Source of the DNA: Alphaproteobacteria bacterium
GTDB taxonomy: Bacteria; Pseudomonadota; Alphaproteobacteria; MPNO01
Assembly (NCBI GenBank): GCA_965248835.1
Contig: CBDFLJ010000002.1
Coordinates: 736,001-800,000, forward strand
DNA: 64,000 bases
Direction: 5' to 3'
Shown here: positions 50,989 through 61,300 of the stretch, piece by piece
Layout: each line of letters begins with the position of its first letter
Position numbering within the stretch: the first letter of the stretch is position 1
Translations under genes and position numbers: made by a program
Notes under the pieces: model-generated
The model's database searches: none
Told to the model about the DNA's origin: nothing
What the model saw: only the letters and a program-made list of their open reading frames with translations

Positions 50989-52821
50989 GTGTCCGCTATC
51001 GATCAGAAGGGGCAACAGGTCGGCGTCCAGGTCAACATCGCCAATCTCGGTGTTTCCTCCGGTGCCAAGCCGTTGCACCGCCCCCGCCGAGCGGCGCACT
51101 TCACGGGACGTGAGGAGGAGCTGGCGCGTCTGCTGGATGCGTTGGCGCCCGGTCGGGCGGTGACGGTTCACGCACCCGGCGGCATGGGCAAGACGGCGCT
51201 CGTGGCCGAGCTGGTTGCCCGTTACGCGCCGGGTGAGGAGCCGCCGGAGGCGTTTCCCGACGGCGTCGTGTTCTACAGCTTCTACGGTCAGCCGGAGGCG
51301 GACCGGGCTCTGGAGTTCATTGCGCGCGCTTTCGGGTTGGAGCCCAAACCGAGCGCGGACGATGCGGCGCGTCTCGCGCTCTCGGGTGCGCGGGCGATGG
51401 TGGTGCTCGACGGGGCGGAGGAGGCGGGTGACCTCGGCCGGGTGCTTGCGTGCGCGGGTGATGGTTGTTGTGTGGTGGTGACGACGCGTCGTCGTGCGGA
51501 TGCGCCGGACGATGCCCACTGTCACGAGCTTCATCCGTTGCCCGAGCACGATGCCGTGGCGCTGTTGCGGGAGTGGTCGGCGGCGCAGGTTGATGACCAG
51601 GCGGCGGCGGAGCGTATCGTTGCGCTGGTTGGTCGGCTGCCGCTGGCGGTGCGGTTGGTGGGTCGTTACCTGGCGCAGACCGGCGAGTCGGCAACGGCCT
51701 ATCTACATTGGCTGGAGACGACGCCGCTGGAAGCGCTGGCGCCGGGCGAGGGCGCTCTTCACCGTGAAGACAGCGTGCCGCATCTGCTGGAGCGTAGCCT
51801 GGGGCAGGTGAGCGAGTCCGCCCGCCAGATACTGTCGGTGGTGGGGCGCGTGGCGTTGGCGGACTTCGACGCTTCGATGCCCGTCGAGGTGCTCGAATAC
51901 GACGAAGGTGAGCGTCGGCGTGCGTATCGGGAGCTGGCCGGTTACGGGCTGCTGCTGAGGGCGGACGAGCGCTATGCGGTCAGTCATGCGTTGATACACA
52001 CATATGCGCGCGAGCGGCTGGCAGTCATGCCGGCGCGGATGGCCCGACTCATCGCGCACTACGAGGCGGTGGTCCTACGGGAAAGCGCCGAAGGAGCGGA
52101 AGGGCACGCGCGCCTGGCCGCCGAGCACCCGCACCTGATGCATCTCATCGGCGACGGAGTGTCGCGTAAGGAATGGGAGACGGTGCAGCGTCTGGTGCGG
52201 GCGGCGGCCGGCTACCTGGACCTCTCCGGACGCTGGGCGGATCAGGAGGTCGCGCTGGATGCGGGTGTAACGGCTGCGAGGGCGCGCGCGGACCGCGGGG
52301 CGGAGGGGGCTTTCCTCGACAGACTGGGCAATGCCTACACGGAGCTTGGCCAGGTCGAGCGCGCCATCGAGCACTACGAGCAGGCGCTGGTCATTCAGCG
52401 CGAGATAGGCGACCGGGGCGGGGAAGGAAGCGTCCTCGGCGACCTGGGCAATGCCTACACGGAGCTTGGCCAGGTCGAGTGCGCCATCGAGCACCACGAG
52501 CAGGCGCTGGTCATCGCGCGCGCGATGGGCGATCGGCGCGGGGAAGGGGCCACCCTTGGCAACCTGGGCCTTGCCTACGCGGAGCTTGGCCAGGTCGAGC
52601 GCGCCATCGAGCACTACGATAAGGCGCTGGTCATTCACCGCGAGATAGGCGACCGGCGCGGGGAAGGGACCGTCCTCGGCAGCCTGGGCAGCGCCTACGC
52701 GAAAATTGGGGAAGTGGCGCAGGCGCGCGCGTGTTGGGAGCAAGCGCTGGTTATCTTCAAGGACATCAATTCGCCTGACGTTGAACGCGTCACGCGCTGG
52801 CTCGCCGGCCTGGATTCGTAA
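50989..52821 (+). CDS. NLR-like STAND NTPase (NB-ARC) with TPR repeats
   Basis: FTGREEEL, P-loop PGGMGKT, Walker B VVLDGAE, VTTR, GRLPLAV, SHALIH; 40-aa TPR repeats. Confidence 0.9.
   Translation: MSAIDQKGQQVGVQVNIANLGVSSGAKPLHRPRRAAHFTGREEELARLLDALAPGRAVTVHAPGGMGKTALVAELVARYAPGEEPPEAFPDGVVFYSFYGQPEADRALEFIARAFGLEPKPSADDAARLALSGARAMVVLDGAEEAGDLGRVLACAGDGCCVVVTTRRRADAPDDAHCHELHPLPEHDAVALLREWSAAQVDDQAAAERIVALVGRLPLAVRLVGRYLAQTGESATAYLHWLETTPLEALAPGEGALHREDSVPHLLERSLGQVSESARQILSVVGRVALADFDASMPVEVLEYDEGERRRAYRELAGYGLLLRADERYAVSHALIHTYARERLAVMPARMARLIAHYEAVVLRESAEGAEGHARLAAEHPHLMHLIGDGVSRKEWETVQRLVRAAAGYLDLSGRWADQEVALDAGVTAARARADRGAEGAFLDRLGNAYTELGQVERAIEHYEQALVIQREIGDRGGEGSVLGDLGNAYTELGQVECAIEHHEQALVIARAMGDRRGEGATLGNLGLAYAELGQVERAIEHYDKALVIHREIGDRRGEGTVLGSLGSAYAKIGEVAQARACWEQALVIFKDINSPDVERVTRWLAGLDS
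52326..52700 (+). repeat. Three ~120-bp highly conserved TPR-coding repeats
   Basis: GGAGCTTGGCCAGGTCGAG.GCGCCATCGAGCAC recurs at about 52341, 52461 and 52581. Confidence 0.9.
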
Positions 52822-52992
52822 GCCGAGCGAAGCGCGGCGGCGCGGCGCCGGCGCCCGAGCAGGCGCCCGGCGGTGGGCAGGCCTCACCGTTCATCACGCT
52901 CCGGGACGCCGAGACGGGCCGGCGGTCCCGGTCGGCACCTTGATTGCATCGCAATCGCTGCTCAGGTCGGGGTTTCCGGCCATCGGAGCGCA

Positions 52993-53070
52993 CGATGATC
53001 GCGAGCATCACGATCCGCAATCTCGACGACGACGTGAAGACCCGGCTGCGCACCCGCGTGGCGGGGTGCC
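52993..53070 (+). pseudogene. FitA-like antitoxin 5' fragment
   Basis: MIASITIRNLDDDVKTRLR. Confidence 0.65.
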
Positions 53071-53198
53071 GGCGTTCGAGGTCATCACACCGACCCCCGG
53101 CGAGCAATACCGGCCAGCGGCCGGCCGCGACCGCGAAAAGCGTGCGGCCGGCCTCGCGATATGCGGCCGGGAGAGCCGGTGCTGGCGCCTGAACCGTC

Positions 53199-54203
53199 CT
53201 ACATCGCGCTTTCGGGTACCTTGACGCCGGCTTCCTTGTAGTAGCGCAACGCGCCCGGGTGCAGCTTCATGTTCATCTGCCTGAACGCGTTGCCCAGGTT
53301 GATGGCATCCTTGGCCCAGGACGCGACGGCGTGCATCTCGTCGATGTGTTCCCAGAAGGTCTTGGTCATCTTGTAGATGACCGCGTCCGGAATCCCCTTT
53401 CTGGTGACCAGGCCGACCCAGGCGGCGATCGTCTGCACCGGCTTTTCATTGGCCTGGTTCGGGCCGTAGATATCGGCTGCGAACTGGCCGCGCGTGCGGC
53501 CCGGAAGCGACATGACCTTCTTCATCGCCGGCAACTCCCAGTCCGCGTCGGCCGCCCCGATGAAGCGGATCTTGTTGGTCAGCGCCACTTGAACGAAGTT
53601 CGAGGCGGGCGGATTGCCGGACGCCACCAGAACGTCGATCTGGCGGTCCTGGAAGGCCTGCATGGCGGGCGAGAAGCCGAGTTTGATGACCTCGTAGTCC
53701 TTGCCCGGCTCCAGACCGCTGATCGCCCTGACGAAGCCGCCGGCGACGATGCGCTGGACCGCAGCCGGGGGACCCAGGAACACGCGCTTGCCCTTGAGGT
53801 CGGCCATCTTCCTGATGCCCGAATCCTCGTAGACGCCGAACTGGTAGAAACCGATGCGGTAGTTGAACACCGCACGCAAATTGCCGGCGAGTTGCTTGGC
53901 GTTCTTGACCTTGGCAAACATGGCGCGTGCGTTGGACATCAGATAGTGGACCGACGGGGCCCCCATCAGGAAGTCGGTCTTGCCGCGTGCCGCATCGAGG
54001 GCGTGACGAGGCGCCGCGCCGGTGGCGTTGATCTGTATCTCGATGTCCGGATTGTATTTCTGGACCAGCTTCGCGAACGTCGTGTTGATGGTGAACGGCG
54101 TCGGCAGGCTGATCGTCGACATCCGATAGAATTCCTTGGCCTCGACGCCGCCGGCAAGCCCGGCTGCCAGCCCCGCGACCGCAAGTGTCATGAGCGCCTT
54201 CAT
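53199..54203 (-). CDS. TAXI-type TRAP solute-binding protein
   Basis: Signal peptide; DLKGKRV..G, YKMTKTFWE, LHPGALRYY. Confidence 0.9.
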   Translation of the reverse strand: MKALMTLAVAGLAAGLAGGVEAKEFYRMSTISLPTPFTINTTFAKLVQKYNPDIEIQINATGAAPRHALDAARGKTDFLMGAPSVHYLMSNARAMFAKVKNAKQLAGNLRAVFNYRIGFYQFGVYEDSGIRKMADLKGKRVFLGPPAAVQRIVAGGFVRAISGLEPGKDYEVIKLGFSPAMQAFQDRQIDVLVASGNPPASNFVQVALTNKIRFIGAADADWELPAMKKVMSLPGRTRGQFAADIYGPNQANEKPVQTIAAWVGLVTRKGIPDAVIYKMTKTFWEHIDEMHAVASWAKDAINLGNAFRQMNMKLHPGALRYYKEAGVKVPESAM

Positions 54204-54268
54204 GGGGATCGTCCCTCCGTTCGATCGGTGCGCGATCATCGCCGATGCGCCGGCCGCGACCGCGCGGT

Positions 54269-56170
54269 TCACTGTTCGGTTTCCGCCGAAACGTTAGCAT
54301 ACCGCGCCCGCCTGGCATCGATAAACAGCAGCAGGAACGACAGGGCGACCGCGGCGACCTGGATTTCGGCCGCGCTGAGCAGCGTTCCCAGCCCCAGGAT
54401 CAGCCGTGCCGCCCGGGACCAGTAGGGCAGCAACGCCCGATCGACGCCGCCGAGGGCCGTGGTCATCAGCCAGATCGCCAGCGCCAGCCGCGCCACCACC
54501 CAGAGAAAAGCTACGGTCTCGAATTCGACGACCAGGGAAAGAGACGGGTTGTAGACGAAGACGAAGGGGACGATGAAGCCGACGAACGAGAGCTTGAGCG
54601 CCTGCACGGCCGTCGTCATCGGATTGGAGCCGGCGATCGGCGCGGCCGCATAGGCGGCGATGGCGACCGGCGGGGTGATCGCCGACAACACGCCGTAATA
54701 GAGCACGAACAGGTGAACCAGGATCTTGGGAACGCCGAGATTTTCGATCGCCTGGCCCATGATCAGCACGATGATCAGATAGGCCGGGATGGTCGGCAGA
54801 CCCATGCCGAGGATCATGCTGGCGAGCGCGACCAGAAACATGGCGAAGAACAGATCGGTCCCGGCGAAGGCCAGGATCATGTTGGAGAACCTGATGCCGA
54901 GCCCGGTCAGGTTCATCACGCCGACGATGATGCCGATGGCGGCAACCGCGACCATTATCCGGCCGCACTGCTCGCCCCCTCTGGCCAGCGCCGTGAGATA
55001 CACCTGCGGCTTCCTGCGGACCTCCGGGTTCATCGCGCCCAGCGCCGCGCCGACGACGGTCGCCCACAACCCGGCCATCGCCGGGGAGCGCCCGGTCACC
55101 AGCACGCCGATGATCACCAGGATCGGAATGACGAACATCAGCGACATCCACCAGTCCCTGCGCGACACTTTTTCGCGCCGCGACCGGGGTATGGCCTCGA
55201 TGCCGTTGCGTGCGGCTTCCACCCACACCGCGACGAACAGGCTGCCGTAGTAGAACAGCGCCGGCATCAGGGCGGCGCCGATGATCACGACATAGGGGAT
55301 GCCGGTGACGTCGGCCATCACGAAGGCCACCGCGCCCATGACCGGCGGCATGAACTGCCCGCCGGAAGACGCCGCCGCCTCGACTCCGCCGGCGAAGGAA
55401 TTGCTGAAGCCGCGCTCCTTGATCATCGGGATCGTGAACACGCCGGTGCCCACCACGTTGGCGGAAACGCTGCCGGAAATGGTCCCGAAGAACCCGCTGG
55501 CGGCGATCGCCGCATGGGCGGGGCCTCCCCGCAGACCGCCGGTGAGGCTCACCGCGATGCGCAGCAGGACCGCGCCCGCCCCGGTCGCCTCGAGCACCGC
55601 GCCGAAGACGATGAAGATGAAAATCAGCGATATGACGGTGATGACGATGAAGCCGAAGACGCCGTCGAAGGAATACCAGACGGTGCGCATCACCTGTTCG
55701 AGATCGTAGCCGGCATGGGCGAAGATCCACGGCAGGTCTTCGCCGAACAGGGCATAGGCGATGCACAGCAGCGACAGCACGGCGAGCGGCCAGCCGAAGG
55801 CGCGCCGGGTCAACTCGAGCACCGCAAGCAGCCCGCCTGCACCGACCACGATATCGTCGCGCAGAAAATCGTAGAGACCGCTCTCCAGCTCATCATAGAC
55901 CGAGGCGAACCAGTACAGCGACAGCGCCATCAGAGAGATCAGCGCCCCGTCGATCGCCAGACACGCGAACCGGACCAGCCCTGCGGGCCTCCCGCCGACG
56001 ACCCGGACCAGCGGGACCGCGAGGGTAACGAGAATGACCGAGGCGCCGACCGTGATCGAGCGCTGGTAGATCTCGTCGATCACGCCGAACGCCGCGGTGT
56101 AGATCGCCATCAGGGCAATGCCGAATGCGATCGCCTTGATCAGCCAGCCCGAAACGTCGATGCGCAACAA
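54269..56170 (-). CDS. TRAP fused 4TM/12TM permease
   Basis: GGPA, SANVVGTG.FTIPM, EAAASSGGQFMPPVMG, ILGMGLPT, ITPPVA. Confidence 0.92.
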   Translation of the reverse strand: MLRIDVSGWLIKAIAFGIALMAIYTAAFGVIDEIYQRSITVGASVILVTLAVPLVRVVGGRPAGLVRFACLAIDGALISLMALSLYWFASVYDELESGLYDFLRDDIVVGAGGLLAVLELTRRAFGWPLAVLSLLCIAYALFGEDLPWIFAHAGYDLEQVMRTVWYSFDGVFGFIVITVISLIFIFIVFGAVLEATGAGAVLLRIAVSLTGGLRGGPAHAAIAASGFFGTISGSVSANVVGTGVFTIPMIKERGFSNSFAGGVEAAASSGGQFMPPVMGAVAFVMADVTGIPYVVIIGAALMPALFYYGSLFVAVWVEAARNGIEAIPRSRREKVSRRDWWMSLMFVIPILVIIGVLVTGRSPAMAGLWATVVGAALGAMNPEVRRKPQVYLTALARGGEQCGRIMVAVAAIGIIVGVMNLTGLGIRFSNMILAFAGTDLFFAMFLVALASMILGMGLPTIPAYLIIVLIMGQAIENLGVPKILVHLFVLYYGVLSAITPPVAIAAYAAAPIAGSNPMTTAVQALKLSFVGFIVPFVFVYNPSLSLVVEFETVAFLWVVARLALAIWLMTTALGGVDRALLPYWSRAARLILGLGTLLSAAEIQVAAVALSFLLLFIDARRARYANVSAETEQ

Positions 56171-56649
56171 ACCGCTTCCTTCCAGACCGCCCCGCCAGAC
56201 CGTCCCGCCAGACCGCCGGTTCGAGCGTTCGGCGCGCCGCCGCGGTTCCGACCAGGACGGTTGCCGTCGAAGGCGTGCCCGTATTCCGGAACCGGTGCCG
56301 TGTCGTAGCGTTCATCGTAGTTTACAACCGGATGAACCTCACCATCGCCTTTCCGTCGGTCGAACGCGTCGTCGACGAGGATCAATCGGCCGGCCGCGCC
56401 GTTTCCATTCAAAAAACGGCAACATCCGCGGCCCTGCAAGGAAGATCGAGCGTGTTCGGCGGCTGGGTGGCCGGGTGCGGTATGCTGCCCGGGGGCTCGG
56501 GAGGATGGGTCGTGATGCCGGTTGACACCGCGCCTGGGCGTCCGTGTAGTTGGTTATTGACTGATTGATAAGGGCGCCCGGCAAGGTAGTCCCAGCAAGG
56601 CAGGTATGGCTTACGGCGAAATCGAGTCACCCGGCACGGGACCGAGGGC

Positions 56650-57843
56650 ATGAGTGCCGCGCTTCGCATGGTTCACGGCGTGACCCACCACGAACCGGCG
56701 CGCGCTCGCCCCGGCTACACCCTGTTCGCCCCGATGTACGGCCGCAACGTGTGGCTCATCGACATGTGGGGCGCCATCGTCCAGCGTTGGCAGACGGAAA
56801 ACCAGCCGGGCAACTACGGCGAGCTCCTGCCCAACGGCAATCTGCTGTTCGCCGGGCGCACCGTGCCGCCCGCGATCCCCGAGTTCGCCGGCAATGGCGG
56901 GCAGATCGTCGAGCTGGACTGGGACGGCCGCACGGTCTGGGAGTACCGGGACCCCTGGCTGAGCCACTGTTTCGCACCGCTGCTTAACGGCAATTTGCTG
57001 GTGGCCAAATGGCGGGCGGTGCCGCGAGAGATTGCCGCCCGGGTCCGCGGCGGCCAGCCCGGCACCGAGCTTCGCGGCGATATGTACGGTGAGGCGGTCC
57101 AGGAGATCGACCGGAACGGCGCGGTCGTCTGGGAGTGGCTTACTTTCGAGCACCTGGATCCGGAACGCGACGCCATCGGCCCTTTCCATCCCCGCGACCG
57201 GTGGACCAATCTCAACGCGCTCACCGAAATGCCGGACGGGCGCATCCTGGTGAGCTTCCGCTGCATCGACACCATCGCCATCGTCGACAGGCGGACCGGC
57301 AACATCGATTGGCGCTGGGGGCCGGGCGAGATCGCCGGCCAGCATCACCCCACGTGGCTGGAGAACGGCAACATCCTGGTCTTCGACAACGGCGCACACA
57401 GGGCATACACGACGATCGACTTCTCCCGGGTTCTGGAGGTCGATCCGCGCACCGGCACGATCGCGTGGGAATACAAGGACAACCCGGTCTACGACTTCAA
57501 CAGCTTCATCTGCTCCGGCGCCCAGCGCCTGGACAACGGCAACACGCTGATCTGCGAATGCACCAAGGGCCGCCTATTCGAGGTGACCCGGGAGGGGGAT
57601 CTGGTGTGGGAGTTCGCGAGTCCGTTCTATTACGAGCACCCGATCTTCGGGTCCAACAACATGGTCTTCCGCTGCACCCGCTACGACCAAGGCCATCCGG
57701 GCATTGCCGGGGCGGATTTGGACCCGGGGCGCTACGCGGACCTGAACGCCCTGATGCCCCGGCGGTTCGTGCGCAGCCCGCGCAGCAACCAGGCGCTGGC
57801 TGCCAGCTATGCGCCGGGCGATCTGGTTCGCGGCGGGCACTAG
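56650..57843 (+). CDS. Arylsulfotransferase (ASST) family beta-propeller
   Basis: PGYTLFAP, LLPNGNLL, QHHP..LENGNILVFDNG, SGAQRLDNGNTLICE. Confidence 0.85.
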   Translation: MSAALRMVHGVTHHEPARARPGYTLFAPMYGRNVWLIDMWGAIVQRWQTENQPGNYGELLPNGNLLFAGRTVPPAIPEFAGNGGQIVELDWDGRTVWEYRDPWLSHCFAPLLNGNLLVAKWRAVPREIAARVRGGQPGTELRGDMYGEAVQEIDRNGAVVWEWLTFEHLDPERDAIGPFHPRDRWTNLNALTEMPDGRILVSFRCIDTIAIVDRRTGNIDWRWGPGEIAGQHHPTWLENGNILVFDNGAHRAYTTIDFSRVLEVDPRTGTIAWEYKDNPVYDFNSFICSGAQRLDNGNTLICECTKGRLFEVTREGDLVWEFASPFYYEHPIFGSNNMVFRCTRYDQGHPGIAGADLDPGRYADLNALMPRRFVRSPRSNQALAASYAPGDLVRGGH

Positions 57844-57949
57844 CCGAACCGGTTCAGGGGCCGGCGGCGGCGCGCTGCCGCAAGACAATAAAGTGAAGAT
57901 GACGCGGCCGAAGAAGCTCCTATCGGCCGCGGCCGCGGTGCCGCCGCCG

Positions 57950-58110
57950 GGCGTCCTCGCCGGCGCCGAGAGACGCTGGTCTCGGATATTGAGACGATGC
58001 TGCGCGCCGCCTTCGAGGATCGCGTGCTGCCGTTCGGCAGCGCCGCCGCAGTCGTGCAATGCGTCTCCCCACCGCAGACCATGGCCCATTACGCCCGCCT
58101 CGCCGCCGAC
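57950..58110 (+). pseudogene. FitB/VapC PIN toxin internal fragment
   Basis: RRRETLVSDIETMLRAAFEDRVLPFGSAAA...YARLAA. Confidence 0.55.
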
Positions 58111-58347
58111 CCGGCCGGACAGGCGGCGGCGGATGTGCCGGCCGGCATTGAAGCGGCCTTGGGATCGGTGGATCTGTAAACCGTGTCTGATCCACTCCTC
58201 GTCAATGTTACAGGCGCGGCGGGCGCGGGCGCGGCCGGCGAAGAGGACAGCTTGACCGCAAGCGGACGCGCATGGATGATGCATAACGACATTATCGACG
58301 CCGAAAACACCAGTAGCCTGGCGTCGTGTCGAACAGTTGCGTGCAGA

Positions 58348-61300
58348 ATGACGGATTCCGTGAGATCTTTCCCACGACTGGCAATCATCGGCGCAGTCCT
58401 CGCCGCCGCGGCGCTGCTGCTCGGCTTTTCCGCGCCGGCGCACGCGCAGGTGCTCGTTAGCAACACGGGCCAAACCACTCACGGCCATACAGCATGTGTC
58501 TGAGAGCCGATCCGGAAAGTTTGAATCTATGGTGAGTGTGTTGCGGCGAGTCTGCGCAGCATGATGCGGATCATGGCGAGTCGGATGAAGGCGACGACGG
58601 ATCGAACGTGACGTTCGAAGTCGCGAGCGAGGCGCCTGTTGCGGCTGATCCAGGCGAAGGTGCGTTCGACAATCCAACGCTTTGGCAGCACCTCGAAGCG
58701 GGGCACGTCGTTGCGCTTGACGATCTCGAGCCGCCACCCCCCGGTCTTGGCGACAGTCGCGGCCATCTTCGGTCCCTGATAGCCGCCGTCGGCGTAGATC
58801 ACCTCGATGAATGGGAACCGTCGCCGGGTGCGGCGCAAGAGCTCGTGGGCACCGTCGCGATCCTGAACGTCGCCGGAATGCACCACGATGCCCAGCATCA
58901 GGCCGAGCGTGTCGACCATGATGTGCCGCTTGCGACCGGTGACCTTCTTGCCCGCATCGAAGCCTTGATCGTCGATCGACGCCCCCCTTTTTGCGCCGCC
59001 TTGGCGCTCTGGCTGTCGATGACCGCGGCCGACGGGCTGGCTTCGCGTCCTTCCTCATCGCGCACCGCGACGTAGAGTTCATGATGGATCCGCTCCAGCG
59101 TGCCATCCCACTCCCATAGATCGAAATAGTCGTACACCGTCGACTTCGGCGGCAGATCCTTGGGCAGTGCATTCCACTGGCAGCCCGTGGACAGCACGTA
59201 GAAGATGCCGTTCAGAACCTCGCGCACGTCGACTGAGCGCTTGCGCCCGCCGCGCTTGGCAGGCGGGATCATTGGCGCGATCAGCGCCCACTCGGCGTCG
59301 GTCAGATCACTCGGATAGCGAAGTCCGCGACGTTCCGCCGCGCGGCGGTGTTCCGCAGTCCACATCGGGCTTCCTCCTGTAAACCGGATGCCCAGCACAG
59401 AATCACAAACGATTCTTCCGATTCAAGAACTTTCCGGAAGGGCTCTTAGGTTCTGAACCAATAATAGAACTAGACTGTGCTCAGGGGTTCACCACGGGCC
59501 AGAATACGCGGGGCTACGACCTATCAAGTATCCAGTTGGACACGCAGGGGGCTCCGGGTAGTGGAACCCTGACGGTCACGGTGAGAGCCGCCACCGGATC
59601 GGGTCGCCCGCGCAACGCGGTCTTATACACCTTGACCAACCCGTCCAACGTGGGGACGGGACTCCAGACATTCACCGCCCCTGGCGGAGCCCGTCTGAAT
59701 CGAGACACCCAATACTTCGTGCACATGACGTTTGACGGTAGCGGAACCAGACCTCGTTGGAACCTGACGGCTAACGACGACGAAGATTCCGGCAAGGCCA
59801 TAGAGTGGAGCATCGGCGATCACCGCTACACGCGCCGGTCTGACGGAACCGGGGGCTGGGAGGGTGATGGCGGTGTGTACTCGGGTTCGATACAAATCAG
59901 GGTCCAGGGGAACACCTTGGCCCCGGCGGCCCCGAACCTCTCGGCCGCGCCGGGTGAAACCCAGGTGGCGCTGACCTGGGACGATCCGGCCAACAACACG
60001 ATCACCAAGTACCAGTATCGCTGGAAAACAGGCGACGACGCCTACGGCAACTGGACCGACATCGACGGCAGTGATGCGAGCACCGACAGCTACACCGTGA
60101 CCGGCCTCACCAGCGGCACCGCGTACACGTTTGCGGTGCGTGCGAAGAATGTTGGCGGCAACGGCGCAGCAGCCACCGTGACCACCGCGACGCTTCCGGC
60201 CGCCCCGAACCTCTCGGCCGCGTCGGATGAAACCGACGAGGTGACGCTGACCTGGAGCGATCCGGGCAACAACACGATCACCAGATACCAGGTCCGCTCG
60301 AAGGTGAGTGACTGCGACGACTGCACCTACACTGCGTGGGCGAACATCGCCGTCACCGACCCCGATGCGCCCCCCACCGGATACACCGTGACCGGCCTCA
60401 CCAGCAGCACCGCGTACACGTTTGCGGTGCGTGCGAAGAATGTTGGCGGCAACGGCGCAGCAGCCACCGAGACCGCCGCGACGCTTCCGGCCGCCCCGAC
60501 GAGCCTCTTGCCCGTGCCGGGTGACGGCGCGGTCACGCTGTCCTGGTCCAATCCGGGCGGCGACACGATCGCCAGATACCAGGTCCGCTCGAAGGTGACG
60601 GACAGCACCTACACTGCGTGGACGGACATCGACGGCAGCGGTGCGGACACCACCGAACACACCGTGACCGGCCTGACCAACGGCACCGAGTACACGTTCG
60701 AGTTGCGCGCGAGGAACATTTCCGGTCCCGGCCGGGCATCCACCGCGACCGCGACGCCGCGTGCGCCACCGGACGCCCCGGAGGGCCTCTCGGCCGCGCC
60801 GGGTGACGGCCAAGCCACGCTGTCCTGGATCAATCCGGGCGACAACACAATCCGGAAGTACCAGGTCAGCACCGACGGCGGCGGGAACTTCACCGACATC
60901 AGCGGCAGCAGTCGGACCACCACCACACACACCGTGACCGACCTGAGCAACGGCACCCAATACACGTTGGCGCTGCGCGCGGCGAACGCTTACGGAAACG
61001 GCGATCCGGCCAACGCCCCTGCTATTCCCCTGTGGCCCGCCCCGGCGAACCTCTCGGTCACGCAGGGTGAAGACCGCAAGGCCACTCTGACCTGGGACGA
61101 TCCGGCTGACATCACGATCGCCAAATACCAGGTGAGCACCGACGGCGGCGTTAACTACACTAACATCATCGGCAGCAGTGCGGCCACCACCACACACGAG
61201 GTGACCGGCCTGACCAACGGCACCGCATACACGTTGGCGCTGCGCGCAGCTAACGATTTAGCTGGCGGTACGGCCGCCGCCATTACCGCCACGCCACTGT

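Noticed and set aside
19000-53000. Integron cassette array
   Set aside because: No recurring attC-like repeat seen, genes lie on both strands, and the integrase fragment lacks IntI features.
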